This document shows positions 1 through 34,213 of a DNA stretch of 64,000 nucleotides, piece by piece. Numbering within the stretch: the stretch's first letter is position 1; the number at the start of each line of letters is the position of its first letter. Source of the stretch: Phaeosaccion multiseriatum (lineage: Eukaryota; Protista; Ochrophyta, other classes). A model generated the notes under the pieces. It was not told where the DNA came from. It saw only the letters and a list, made by a program, of their open reading frames with translations, and made no database searches. The DNA is taken from NCBI GenBank assembly GCA_965112735.1, contig OZ218960.1, forward strand, positions 3,224,001-3,288,000. Direction: 5' to 3'. A program made the translations under genes and the position numbers.

Positions 1-6405
<6,405 letters not shown>

Positions 6406-6610
6406 GGGAGGAGGAGACATCTTATTGAGATACGAAGACAGAGTAGGTGCAGCAAGCACAGTGACAGTAAATTAAAAGCAAAAAATAATGTAAGGGAATT
6501 GACAAAGGGAAATTGGGGCACCTCAAGGCTCAAAAGAAGGCTTCGTCACTTTGTTGTCTACGGCATGCTCTGCTGAGCACTACGCGAAGTAGCTTATCAC
6601 AGCCTGAGAA

Positions 6611-6855
6611 GTGTGTGTGTGGTGGGAGGAGGTAATGGAGAGTGGGAGGGAGGAAGAGGGAACGGTCGATAGAAAGATGTGGAAGGGAGAGCATTGGGTG
6701 GTGGGTAGCGAGTGAGGAGGGCAGTAGGATGAGAGAGAGGGATGACGTGCGAGGAGGGTGTAGTATGGGAGGAAGAGATGGAGTGGAGGGCGGGAGGTGA
6801 GGATGAGGGAGTGGCACCATTAGAGGATGGCGAGGGGAGGGTCAAGGTGTGGGAG
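6611..6855. repeat. Dispersed repeat, an inverted diverged copy of 35427-35673
   Basis: Its reverse complement reads ctcccacaccttgaccctcccctcgccatcc...cctcctcgcacgtcatccctctctctcatcctactgccctcc...ccaccacacacacac, matching 35427-35673. Confidence 0.9.
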
Positions 6856-6937
6856 CGGTGGTGCTGGGGGTACTTCGCTGGTGTCTATGTGCTGCGCTGT
6901 CTGCGTGTGGTCGACTAACTGTCCGGCCCCTTGTATC

Positions 6938-7129
6938 TTCTGCCGGTCCTGGGGTGTGTCAAGCTGGCTGGTGCAGAAAGGAGGGGTCTGCATTGGCCAC
7001 GGCGCCCCAGTCAAGCTGTGCCGAGTTGACGAGTGTGATAAGCAAGCGAAGGGAGGGATGAACGGGACGTGCTACAGACATGCGCGCATCAGCAGGGAGG
7101 ACGCGAGGAGAGAGGCAGTCGTGCAGTGA
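6938..7129 (+). pseudogene. Fragment of a WRKY19-like Cys/His-repeat gene
   Basis: QKGGVCIGHGAPVKLCRVDECDKQAKGGMNGTCYRHARI resembles QGGVCIRHGAKV..CPIDQCGKYAQSGMNGMCKRHARI of the 55692 gene. The upstream GCVKLA half-repeat is in a shifted frame. Confidence 0.7.
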
Positions 7130-7576
7130 AGAAGAATGCGCTCCGTGTGGGGGACGAGGTCCAGCTGCCGAAGCGATTCCGCAGGTGCCATCGAGAGAAT
7201 AGGGGTGCGCTGCTGGCGTCAGTGAGGCTGGAGCGACAGACGTGAGATTCATCATCAGAGAACAGGCTCGCCTGCTGTCGGCCGGACCTGCTGCTTAGCT
7301 ACCTCACTCAGCCAGACTCGCGATTCGCAAACCTCCTGCATGCCCGTCAACCGTACCAGTTCTACACTTAGCCGAGTCTCATTTCGCCACCACTGGTCGC
7401 ATGCTGACCCCTCTATAGGGATGATCTCTCGAGGGGGAGGCGGGCCATGGCGGAGGCCTCTGGAAAATGCTGAGGCCTTCATTTGTTCCCCAGGGGGGGG
7501 GGCACCCAAAAAAGCCTTCCGCTTCCCTTTTACATAGCCCCACAGGGCACGCCCTACAGTCACGACGAAAGAGGAC

Positions 7577-10500
7577 ATGATCAATATACATGTTGGGGTG
7601 TTCCTCCTCTTCGCTGGCGGGACTCTAGGCGCGAGACTGGCCTCGTTCATAGCCCCTGCTCCACCCCCTAGCCGGATGCTGAGACTATCCTTCGCAAGGC
7701 GCATTGCCCTCCTCGAGAAGCCACCGCGGGGCTCCCGCAGCCCAGCCTCCCGACTGGCGGGGCAAGCACGCGGCCTTCACCGGCCAGTTGCAAGCCGCAG
7801 AGGTGGAGTCAGGCTGCTGTCCTCCTCTTCCCCAGGAGAAGGAGGGGCGGCCGCGACATCCCACGATCGCTCCTCATCCCTACCCCTCGAAGGTAGCTAC
7901 ACCCGTCCCTTGTTTTCTGAAGCTAGTACTCCTCTTGTTCTTATCACTTTCCGTCTTGGGCTCTTGCTTCGACGGGTGTACAGGGGAGGACCTGATCATC
8001 ATCGACGGTTCGCGCTTGCTCATCCGCGCCTTCTACGCGACTGCCCACCGGCAGAGCGGCAGCCCTTCCAGCCTGTTCAGAGGCCCCATGGCGCCGGTGC
8101 TCAGCTTCTGCACCTTCGTCAATGCGCGCCTGCTCAAGAAAGGAGGGGCAGAGGTGCGTTGCAGCTTTGCTCGGGCAAGTAAGAGCGAGCAAGCATTTGA
8201 AACTGCGCAAGGCAAGGCGTGAGCGTGGGGGAGGAACCTGCTAGCTTCTACTTCCGCCACGCTACGGATACGACTCTCGGGGCATAACTCGACCGCCCTT
8301 GCACCAGAGTACCAACCTCGCTCTCGCCTAACACCCCCTTCACCCTCCCCGCACATCGCGCTGCCTCGCCTGCTGAATCTGACGCTTCGCCATCTGTATC
8401 CACCTATACCCCATCGCTTTTCTCCGCTCCGGTCCTGTCCTCTTCTTTCCTCAGGCAGAGGCCGCTGAAGGGCCCGGCCCGCGCGCCATTGTCGTGTTCG
8501 ACTCTGTCCGGAGGGAGCGCTTCACCCCCCCCGATGAGGAGGCCACCCCCTCCAGAGAGCCCTTCACGGACGACCTCCGGATGCAGTTCCGGGTGGCGCA
8601 GGAGGCCTGCGAGGCGTAAGTGGCTGTATGAGCAACTGCTGTGGCTGTGACTGTGGCTTAGGCGGGGGCTGTGGGTGATGTGCAGATTATGCGGGACCTT
8701 CGCAGCTCTAAGCTTTCTGGTGGGGCACACCTCCAGCCGTAGCTCCTCTGCCGGTACAAGTCGGAAGGCTGCCCCCCCAGATACGTGCCTCCTCCCTATT
8801 CGAGCAAGCCAAGAGGAGACAAGACAGTCTGGGGGTGCCGCTGCCAACCTCCCACCTCCAATGCATAAAGCGCCTGCCTAACAAGCGCTGCCTAACAAGC
8901 GCTGCCTAACAAGCGCTGCCCCAACCTCAATATGACTGCCGCGGTCGATCAGGTACGGACTCCCCTTCTTGGCCACTGATGAGGAGGTGCGTGGACTGGA
9001 GGAGGGAGTGACGGACGTAGTAAGGCAGTGAGGCGGGGTGCTGCTGAGCGGAGTACAGCGGAGCAGCGAAGGAGGAGGGTGGGGTTCGAGGCCGGGAAGG
9101 AGGAGGACGAGGTTCGAAGCAGTGAAGGAAGGAGGGCCACACGTGTGGTTACGTGTCAGGAGTCAGACAATGCAGCCCGCCACCCACCAGAGTCACTCTG
9201 CTTGGCCTCTCCTCTCGACACCTACCCATTCCCTCCTTTCGACACCTACCCACTCCCCACCCTTCGTGACCGTCACCCCCTTCGCTCCCTCCTGACCTCC
9301 CTCGTCAGGGGCCCGGCTGGCACGGCGAGGACATCATTGCCACCCTCGCGGCGGAGGCAGAGGCACAGGGTGCTCGACGAGTGGTGGTGGTGAGCGATGA
9401 TCACAAACACCTTGCGCAGATCGTCACGGCCACGGTCCGCCTGCAGCAGCCGCACTTCGGTCAGTGGAGGTGTTGGGTGGGTGGGTTGGGTCGGTCCGTG
9501 AGTGAGTGGTTCTGCGGCATTTTCGTGGTGGCTGCTTTGTGCCTGCCTGTGTGCGTATCTACATGTGTGTGTGTGTGTGTGTGTGTGCGGGCGTGCGTCC
9601 CTCTCACACCCTATGTATATATGGCTGTGTCTGTATGACCAACGGCTGTACGACCAGGTGCTCCCCTGATAGGCCCGGGCGAGGTGTTCTCGAAGTGGGG
9701 AGTGCACCCCGAGCAGATGAGTGACCTCCTCGCTCTCGTTGGGGACCCCGCCAGTGGCATCCCCGGCGTGGCGGGCATCGGCAAGGTGAACGCGGCACGG
9801 CTTGTGCACAAGTACGACTCTGTGGACGCCGTCCCACCCCTCAAGCTCACCAAGAAACTCGCACCACTCGGGGAGAACGAAACCAAGGTGGGTGTAGTAT
9901 GTCAATGGGTGGGGTGCAGTGGGTGTGGTGAGTATAGTATGTCAATGGGTGGGAGGCAGTGGGTGTGGTGGGTATAGTATGTCAATGGGTGGGAGGCAGT
10001 GGGTGTGGTGGGTACAGTATGTCAATGGGTGGGAGGCAGTGGGTGTGGTGGGTATAGTATGTCAATGGGTGGGAGGCAGTGGGTGTGGTGGGTATAGTAT
10101 GTCAATGGGTGGGAGGCAGTGGGTGTGGTAGGTGCGATGGGGTGCTATGGGTTCGGCAACACTTGGAAGGGTTGACTCGACTCGAGTGTGTTGTGTGTGA
10201 AGGGTTGGCTCGACTCGAGCAAAGTCTCTCCACCGAGGCCCACAATCACACGCCCAGTCACCGGCACGGGCCTCGCTCGGCCCCTGCTGCTCAGCTCGCT
10301 TTCGCTCAGAGCGCGCCACGCGCCATAAGGACGTAGGGACATCGGTGGATCGGCGGCTGTCATGTGCATGTGCGGGAGCGCATTCTTTGGTAGAATGCAT
10401 TCTTTGTCCCATCGCGATGTCATGTTACGTGACGTGACCAAAGCCACAGGCCAATGATCATTGTCATTGCCCTTGTCGTTCTCCGATTGCCTCTCTCTCT

Positions 10501-11102
10501 CCCTCGGCCACTCCCTCGCTCGCGTGCCACCCATCAGAGGCTTGTGAAGCTCTGGAAGAACGCGATCACGCTGAGGCAGAACCTCGAGGTACGATACGCT
10601 ACAGGCTCACAGGCTGCGGATCACCAACACGAATGAGCCGTACGTAATCCCTTTGTCCCTCCCCCCTTTCTACCCACTCACTCGGTACCCACTCACTCGG
10701 TACCCACTCACTCGGCACCCACTCACTGGGTACCCACTCATTCGGTACCCACTCACTGGGTTCGCGCCCACAAAGCTTCCCTTCCCTGTGGAGGACGTGC
10801 CCTCGTACCAAGTGAGTGTGAAGTCGTGGGGTCGGAGGAGGTCTGGCAAGTCGTGTAGAGTAGCGGTTATACCCTGAGGGCCCCGCTGCAGCCTGCCTCT
10901 CACTACGCCCGTGCAGATGACCTCTGCAATGTTGATGCTGCTCCTCCCCGTCCTCCTCGTCCTCCTCGTCCCTCTTCCCCTCCCCCTCCAGTTGCAAGAT
11001 GAAGCTTCGCTCCTGTCCTTCTTGGAGCGGTACGGCTTGGAGGACTTGCAAATCAAGACCCGCGGCCTCCTCTCCAGCCTGAGGCATGAGGCGCAGTCGT
11101 GA
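7577..11102 (+). CDS. Pol I-type 5'-3' exonuclease (organellar OEX-like) paralog with degenerate catalytic motifs; predicted plastid presequence
   Basis: Exons 7577-7892, 7984-8153, 8455-8615, 8953-8986, 9309-9459, 9658-9887, 10538-10588, 10776-10811, 10992-11102 splice in frame (GT-AG). Motifs IIIDGS..RAFYA, VVFD and H3TH LVGDPASGIPGVAGIGK. Confidence 0.85.
9889..10129 (+). repeat. Intronic 40-bp minisatellite, about 6 copies (gtatgtcaatgggtgggaggcagtgggtgtggtgggtata)
   Basis: Read directly from the sequence. Confidence 0.9.
10671..10760 (+). repeat. Intronic 15-bp tandem repeat, about 6 copies (tacccactcactcgg)
   Basis: Read directly from the sequence. Confidence 0.9.
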
Positions 11103-11483
11103 GGAGTGAGGAGACACCGGCCTACAGACCCCTCCCCGGGGAGGGCGGAGGGAGGGGGGGAGGGAGGGAGGTGAGGCCATGCGCTGCTGTCCAACTCAAG
11201 GAACGAATAAAAGAAGGAAAGGGCCCACTATTGTCTCGCTCCTCCACCCAGTGCTGTCTGTGGATGTTTTCAATGTAAAGTTCATACAAAATATCATTTG
11301 TAAATTAATAATTAAATCATAAGACCCAAAACAAACAAATGGACACTTTTATCTTACAGCAGCACAGACGCTCTCCTCACGGACTCAGCTTGGGCAATCG
11401 AGATGAAGATGATGACGGCCCAGTTACTGCCCCCCCCCCCCAAGCTTCTGTACACAGCCCCCCCCCCCACAACACAACACATA

Positions 11484-11539
<56 letters not shown>

Positions 11540-11690
11540 CGCATGGGAGTGTTCATTTCGCCGTTACACTCACGCGCCCATTCTGCGCATCACCTCTCCG
11601 CTCCCTTTGTGATGGCTATGACACTGACACTCAAAGGTCCGTTTCTGTACATCACACTGAAACGCACACGTTTGCTTCTGTAAATCACAC

Positions 11691-14051
11691 TCATACGTCC
11701 GCTCTGTCATGGCCAAAGTCGTCAACGTGTCTGATGAAGCGCGTGAGCTCTGTGGGCAGCCAGCGGTCCTCCCTCCTCTTTCTCCCTCCTCCTCCCCCTC
11801 CGCCCCCCCCTCCTTCCGCGGCCGGCACCGAGGAGGCGAAGGACGGCAGTTTCAATTTCGGTCCCTGAAACTGAAAGGACGACAAGAAGCCGCAGTGCCC
11901 CCCCCGCTGGTGCACCACCACCTTGACGGGCGCCGCCAGCACGTGCTCGGGCTCTGTGGGCAGCGTGGACCCCTCGATGAAGGGGTCATCAAGCGCGTTG
12001 ACGGTGAGCAGCGGCACCCTTACCCGGCTGAGGTAATTGCGACTGTCAACTTCGTCATAATACCTGTCTACGCTCTCAAAGCCGAAGAGCTCCGCAATCA
12101 TGGTGGAGAAGGCGCGAAAGGAGCGTATCCTTTGGACGGCCCCCGGCCCGTCTGCACTGTGCGAGGGATGCATGTTGAAGTGTGCGAGAGCCTTGGCCCG
12201 CAGCAGGCGGAGGAAGAGCGGCACGTAGACGTGCCTACCGAGCCTGCTGCCTGCGAGCTTGGCATCCCCCCCTGCGGGGTTGAAGGGCACGCAGGCCACC
12301 GCCGCCCCGTGTACATTGAGTTCTTCGCGGGCCCTCTCTCCCTGCTCGCCGAGCAGCTTGATGACCACGTTTGCGCCGAGACTGACAAGACCACAGAGGA
12401 GTTGAGTGGAGTGAAGCGGTGGGTTCGAGGGGGGGAGGGTGATGGGGGATAGAGAGAGGGTAATAAGGGTAACGGTAAGGGAAAGGAGCGTAGTTGGTAG
12501 CCAGGGGAGGCGCCTGCCCATGCCGCGTCATCCCGTGCGTGTACGACGCGGGGGGGGCAGCTGCGCCGTGAGGTAAGAATAAGGCAAGGACGGGACCAAG
12601 AGCGAGAGCAGCTGCAAGCAAGGACCGGACAAACAAAGAAGCTGCAAGCATGCTCTTCGCCCCTCTGCACACACACACACACAGGCACACACACAAAACA
12701 CTTAACGCACGCACGCACGCACGCACGCACGCACCTGAAGCCGGAGAGGAAGACCTTGTCCCACTTGCCCGGGAAGCGCCTCTGCAGCTGCTCCAGCACG
12801 AACAGCAGGTCCTCCGTGAAGCCCAGATGGTACCCGAGGGGGGTCTGAGGTAGCTCAGCCTCCGAGCCGCTGTCGGAGCAGCCGCGGAAGTTTGGAGCCA
12901 ACACATCGTATCCGTGCTTGGAGAAGACGGTGGAGAAGCGCTGCGTTGAAACCGCTGTCAGGCCAGGAAGGGCGGGTTGGCGACGGGGATGGAGGGAGGG
13001 GGAAGAAGAGAGAAGGTGAGCAGCGAAACAGGCAAGAGAAGGCCAAGAAAGGGCACTCCCATGCCTCTTGCACCCTCGTCTGTCTGGCTCTGTCTGGCTC
13101 TGTCTGGCTCTGTCTGGCTCTGTCTGGCTCTGTCTGGCTCTGTCTGACTCTTGTCCAGCTCTGCCCAGCTCTGTCGAGCTCTGTCTGGCTCTGACTGCTC
13201 GCCCACCCCATCGGCTGCTGTGCCATTACGCACCAACGGCTCGGATCTCTTTTCCATCCGTCCTTCGCTGCTCACTTACTCACTCACTCACTCTGCCACT
13301 CACTCACTCACCTCACCCACTCATTCACTCCTCCACTCACCCACTCACCCACTCACTGACTCACTCACTCACTCACTCACTCCCTTCCTGAGTCACTCAC
13401 TTACTCACTCACTTCCTCTTTCACTCACTCACTCACTTCCTCTTTCACTCACTCACTCGCTCACTCCCTTCCTCACTCATTCACTCACTCACTCCCTCAC
13501 TCACATGTGCTGGCGGATTCGAGTCCATGCATGACAATGACGAGCTTCCTGCCAGAGCCCGGGAAGTCCCTCTCAAGCTCGAAGGCCTCCGTCATGGGCT
13601 CACCGAAAGGCTCCTCCTCCTCCTCCTCCTCCTCCTCCTCCTCCTCGACTGAGGCAGTGGCAGAGGAATCCTGCCCCCCGCCGACCTTCCCCTCCAAGCT
13701 CTCCGTTTGGAGCAAAGCCGCCAGAAGCTCTTCATGCAAGGCCGCCGTGTCGGTGTTACCTCTCTCCTCCACTTGACCCGCCGCTTCCCTCTCCCAAGCC
13801 CCTTCACCGCAGCTGCTCACACCCCCGCCACACTCCTCCCCCTGCTGTCCCTCCTGCCCCTGCTGTCCCTCCTGCCCCTGCTCTTGTCCCTCCTGCCCCT
13901 GCTCTTGTCCCTCCTGCCCCTGCTCTTGTCCCTCCTGCCCCTGCTGCTGCGCCTCTTGCCTGAGGAGGGCGGTGTCCTCGGCCTGCAGCCCCGGGGGGGG
14001 ACTCTGTGCGGGCAGCCAGTCCAGGTAGATCCAGTCTCCGTCTGTGCAGGG

Positions 14052-14086
<35 letters not shown>

Positions 14087-15119
14087 ATTGAGATACATGC
14101 ACAGGGTCACGTGAGGGCTGTGAAAGCTTGTCTTGTTGCCTCCCTCCGCCCCATCCCCGCCCAAAGCAAAGGGGAAACAAACGAATACCCAACAAGTGCT
14201 GAAGTAACCTCCACCTTGCCCTGGGTAAGCAGTGGCAGGCAGTTGGGCGCGGCCTCACCGCCTCACCTGGGGCTTTGACCTTCATCCTCCGATACCCGAT
14301 GGGGGCGCCGCTCCCCCTCAGCATCTTCTCGTAGTCCCCCGCTCCGAGCAGCGTCTGCACATGGGGACTACGGGCCCACAGAGGCGCCGTGTAGGAGGAG
14401 GGCTCGAAGTTCTGCACGAGCTGCTGCTGCTGCTCCAGCGAGGGGGACAGGGGAGGGCCGTGGTGAGGCGGGAGGGCCCGCTTGTTGGCGACGCCGGTCA
14501 GAGAGGAGAGAATCACCACCCCCAGCATCGACGACAGACCGGCGCCGTTTACCGTCGCGGCCGAGAGTACCGGTCCCAAGGCTGCTGCTGCTGTGGCCAG
14601 TGGTGTTCCCTGCGCCCTTGATGCCGCCCACGCCGATTGCGACCTTCGTCGCCACAGCTCGGCACCCGTCTGCCCCAAAGTCAGACAGGGGGGGAAGTGC
14701 GCCGTTTCCAGAGACCCTCCTCCCGAGGAAAAATACGTTCGCGCCTGGCCCAAGAGCAGCGCCAACAGGGCAGCAGCTACCACCAGAACCAGGGTGACTG
14801 TGGCCAGGGTGTTGGCAAGCGAAAGCCACCTCCTCCTCATCGACAGGTTTTGCGGTATGACCGACAGGTGCTTGCGCACAGCAGCCAGGATTCCTCGTAC
14901 CCAGTCCTCCGCGACTCTCTCCCTCCTCCTCGTCGCCTCCTCACCCCCCTCCCCGTCGTCACAGCTCACGCGGGTGAAATAACGTCCTTCCAGTTGGGCG
15001 ACAGCGTTTGGCCGCTGCCGGGTCCTATTCAGGACCCAACCACCACCCCTCCCGGTGAGGCAGTTCCTACTGCTATACAGACCCTCTCCCTGCTGTCCCG
15101 GCCGCTGTTGCTCCGCCAT
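11691..15119 (-). CDS. Alpha/beta hydrolase, ABHD1/3 (YheT/EMB8)-like
   Basis: Exons 15119-14267, 14041-13505, 12954-12735, 12381-11691. Motifs SPHVQT, DGDWIYLDW, HGLES, NFRGC, GFSLG nucleophile, DDPF, GGH. N-terminal hydrophobic segment. Start codon uncertain. Confidence 0.9.
13079..13503. repeat. Intronic (TCTGTCTGGC)n and (CTCA)n tracts
   Basis: 10-bp repeat at about 13079-13192; CTCA-rich tract at about 13270-13503. Confidence 0.9.
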
Positions 15120-15626
15120 GTCCTGCTGCTGCTGTGCGCAGGCCTTCACTCCCCTCCCCCCCCCTTTCTCATCTCTTTCTCCTTCGCTGTGGGAGCCACT
15201 TCTACTTCTCCTCCTCGTCCGCCTCTTCCTCACACTCTCACGAGAGCCAGGGGATTGGGTGCACATCACTCCCTCTCTCCAACCTCTCTTTCTCTTGTGT
15301 TTTCGTGTTTGGAAGAAAACGTGTTGGCGGGTCAAATTCTCAAATTTGAATATCGAGCGACTTCAAATGTAGAGGTATCTATTCGAATGTCGGGCCCGAC
15401 TTTTGTTCGAATTTGGTCTCCCCCTTGGGGCAGGTGGACAAGCTTGTATATATGGGGCACAATCAAGTACAGGGTCGCCCCATTCGGGCCAGCAATTGGG
15501 CGGGGGTCTAATAAACTGAAACTGAAACTTGGCTTGCAGGGGAGCCCTCAGAAAGAAAACATGGCACCAGCGAGCGGCGAGCCAGCATGCTCTCTGCTCA
15601 CAAAATCTCTTCTTTCTCGTCCTCCT

Positions 15627-30955
<15,329 letters not shown>

Positions 30956-31346
30956 GGTGAAGTGGGGTTATATATTTGTAAGTAAAGCAATCGGTCTGGC
31001 TAATCTACAGCTTCTAACACTTTGTCAGCGAGCAGAAACTCAGCCCAGATAAAACATTACTCCTCTATTTCAAGTCCCCTTTCTCTACACTGCTAAGTTC
31101 AGCTCCATGAAGGCATTAATCACTACAAGAACTGTATCATACTCAGCACAGATGGCAATAGATGTCGGCATTCACAGATCCCATTCTCGTGTTGTAGTCT
31201 GCTTTCCAGCTGCCTCTTTGTCTCTTTGAAGTATCTTCTCTTCGATAGAAACAGCTACAGCGACAGCCAGTGGGATCAGCAGAACTGAGCCTCGGTGTAT
31301 CCCACAGAATCCTTCTCTCCGTGTTTGTAGCCAGGAGGAATAACAT
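30956..31346. promoter_or_regulatory. Putative bidirectional promoter between SMCHD1 and the intact exonuclease
   Basis: 391-bp, relatively AT-rich gap between divergent ATGs. Positional inference only. Confidence 0.5.
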
Positions 31347-34178
31347 ATGCTCTTCGTAGGGCAGCAGGAAGGAGGCCTGCTGCTTGTACTGTTGACAATC
31401 CTCCAAGGCGGCAACGCCTTTGTTGCGACCTCCAACATGGTGCCACCCTCTCTGCAGCGGGTGGCTCGAGGGGTCGTGTCGGTATCGGAGGCAGCTGGCA
31501 GGCCAACGTGCCGCAGAAGAAGGCTTCCATCGTCAACGTCGGGACAAGGAGGACCGACTCGATTCTCACACTTGTCGCTCTCATCATTATCGCTATCGGC
31601 ACCAGCTGCCCTGCCTCACCAACGTTGTACTGCTGAGCAGGGGAGGATTTCACAGCCACGCCACTCACATCACCGAATAGGGAGGGCTGGGAGGACGGCT
31701 GCGCGCTCCTCCGGGAGTGGGATGGGTGAGGAATCAGGCGGGGGGGCGTCCTCCGTGCCCGCAGAAGGCGGACTGCTGCCTCTCTCAGGTGCGTGGTGGC
31801 AAGCTGTGAGCTCAGTGCGTTGCGAGCCTTCTGCTGTGGTCACAGGGTCGATGCTGCATGACCACAATGTTGTGCTTAAGGCTCTCGCTTACACTGAAGT
31901 CCGCTGCTCCTCTTTCCCGCCCGTCTATACTTCTTCATTGTGCCACCACTACTGTATCACCAACTCCTGTATCTGCAGGCCAGGATGTGCTGCTCATCGA
32001 TGGCTCGCACTTGATCTTTCGCTCGTTCTACGCCATGCCTCCCCTCACCAGCAGGACCAAGGCAGTGCCCGTCTCTGCCGTCGTAGGCTTCTGCAATACG
32101 ATCAACAAGGTCTGTTGGGTAATGGAAGTTCCTTTCCTGTTGCCTGCCCCACTCAACCACCGAGCCGAAAGATCTGCCGCAGGAAAGCCGCTGAGGTAGA
32201 GCCTCGACCTCCCTCACTCACTCACGTGTGTTGCTTGCTGTGTGAATGACGCAGGTCCTGCTCAAGCCTGTCGTGGACCTCCGAAAGAGTATCGCCAAGG
32301 GGGAGAGCGAGGTGAGCAAAGGTGGAACGCCGTAGACTGCCACCCGACCGACGCTGGTGGACAGGGGCAACGGAAAGCACGATCGACCGGCGACTGGTGC
32401 TTGGAGTAACAGTTCCCGCCCCCCCTTTGCGTGCGTGTGTTGTGTCCATCCCAGGAGGGCCCTGGGGTGCTGGCGGTGATGGTGTTCGACTCGGGGCTGG
32501 GGCCATCCTTCCGCAAGACGCTGTACCCGGGCTACAAGGCCAACCGCACCTCCCCGCCGCCGGAGATACGCGGGCAGTTCGACATTGCTAAGCTCGCGTG
32601 CGAAGCGTAAGTGTGCGGCAGTGTGTACACTGGTGTGTGTCTACACCGTGCCGGTACTTGTAGACCACCATGCCGTTGAGCCCTTTCCATCTGAGTGTCT
32701 GAGTGTCTGTCTGCCGGGCTACCTGCTCCCTCACCCCTCCCGCGCTGCCCTACTCTTCACTTCCTCCCTCCGGACTGCGGCGGCCACACGTGCAGCTATG
32801 GCCTTCCTTGCGTCGCTGCCACCAAGGTGGGGTCCGCGTCATGTTACGGGAGAAGCAAAGCAGGCTTTCCTTCCACGCACCACACACCCACCCCGTTCTT
32901 GCCCTGTAGAGTAGTGCGATTCAAGGCCTCGATGTAGTCATCTCGATCTCGCCCCCCCCCCCCCCACCCCTTCCCCTTTCTTCCTCTCTGGTTAGCCCGA
33001 TGCCATGTTCTTTGCTTTTGCGTGCGTGCGTGTAAGCGTATACTGTCTACTGAGGCAGTGAAGCTCTTTTTGCGACGGTCGGTCGGTCTTGCGTTGCCTC
33101 TCGCCTCCCTCTCCCCCTCTAACGGGCTCGCTCACTCCCTCACTATCTTACTCACTCACCTCACTGACTCCTTCCCTCCCTCCCTCCCTCCCTCCCAGGA
33201 CTTCGAAGCCGATGACGTGATCGCCACTCTGACGGCCTCTGCTCTGGCACAGGGAGCAGGCAAGGTGCTCATCATGTCCAGCGACAAGGACTTTGCGCAA
33301 CTCGTGACGGACGATGTCAACCTTGTCGATGCCAAGTTCGGTACGGAAGGAGGGGAGGAGGGAGGGGAGGGGGGAGGGAAGAAGGAGCGAGGGAAGAAGG
33401 AGCGAGGGGCGGCTCATGGAGGCTGAGCGACACCTTTCATCTCCCTCCCGCACAACCATCCACTGCCATAACACCTCCCTCCCGCATTACCATCCACTGC
33501 CATTGAGGATGTATTCAGCGGTCGCCTCTGCTCTGTCCGAGGCCCTCGTGCGGTGATTGAGTTCGACTCGCCCCTGCAGAAGGCAGGAGAGGGCTCTTTC
33601 TTTCTCTCTCTCACTCTCCATTGTCGCGAAAGGGCCGTTCCTGTACCCACTTGTTCTTGATTGCCCACAGGCAATACAATACCTCACTTTGCTTTGTGTT
33701 GGTTATCTGTGTCTGTGTCTGTCTCTCCTTGACTGTCTATTTCTGTACCTCTTATGGCTGCCGATGTATGGCTGTGTGTGCCTCGTAGGCAACGCCATCG
33801 GTCCCGAGGAGGTGATGGAGAAGTGGGGTGTGCAGCCCAATCAGATGAACGACCTCATGGCCATGATGGGGGACGCAGCCGACAACATCCCCGGCGTGCC
33901 CGGTAAGGAGTAAGTCAGTGAGGGTACAGGGGCGGGCGTGCGGCCGTGCGGCCGTGCGACATTCTTACGCTGAAGGGGTGCTCTAGAGATGAGCGAGCGC
34001 CATGTGCAGAGCCCTCATGTGCTGAGCCCGCCCCCTCATACCAACGCCACCACACCACCCTCCCCACCTCCCGTCCGGGCTGTTGTTTGCGTAGGCGTAG
34101 GGAAGGGGAGGGGCGCCACGCTCCTGTCTACTTACCCCTCTCTTGAGGCCATCTTAGCCACCGCAACACGAGACAACG

Positions 34179-34213
<35 letters not shown>

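Noticed and set aside
15513-15530. Recurrent (AAACTG)2-3 words (also ~2726, ~5072, ~11866)
   Set aside because: Too short and too few independent copies to separate from slippage without a k-mer test.
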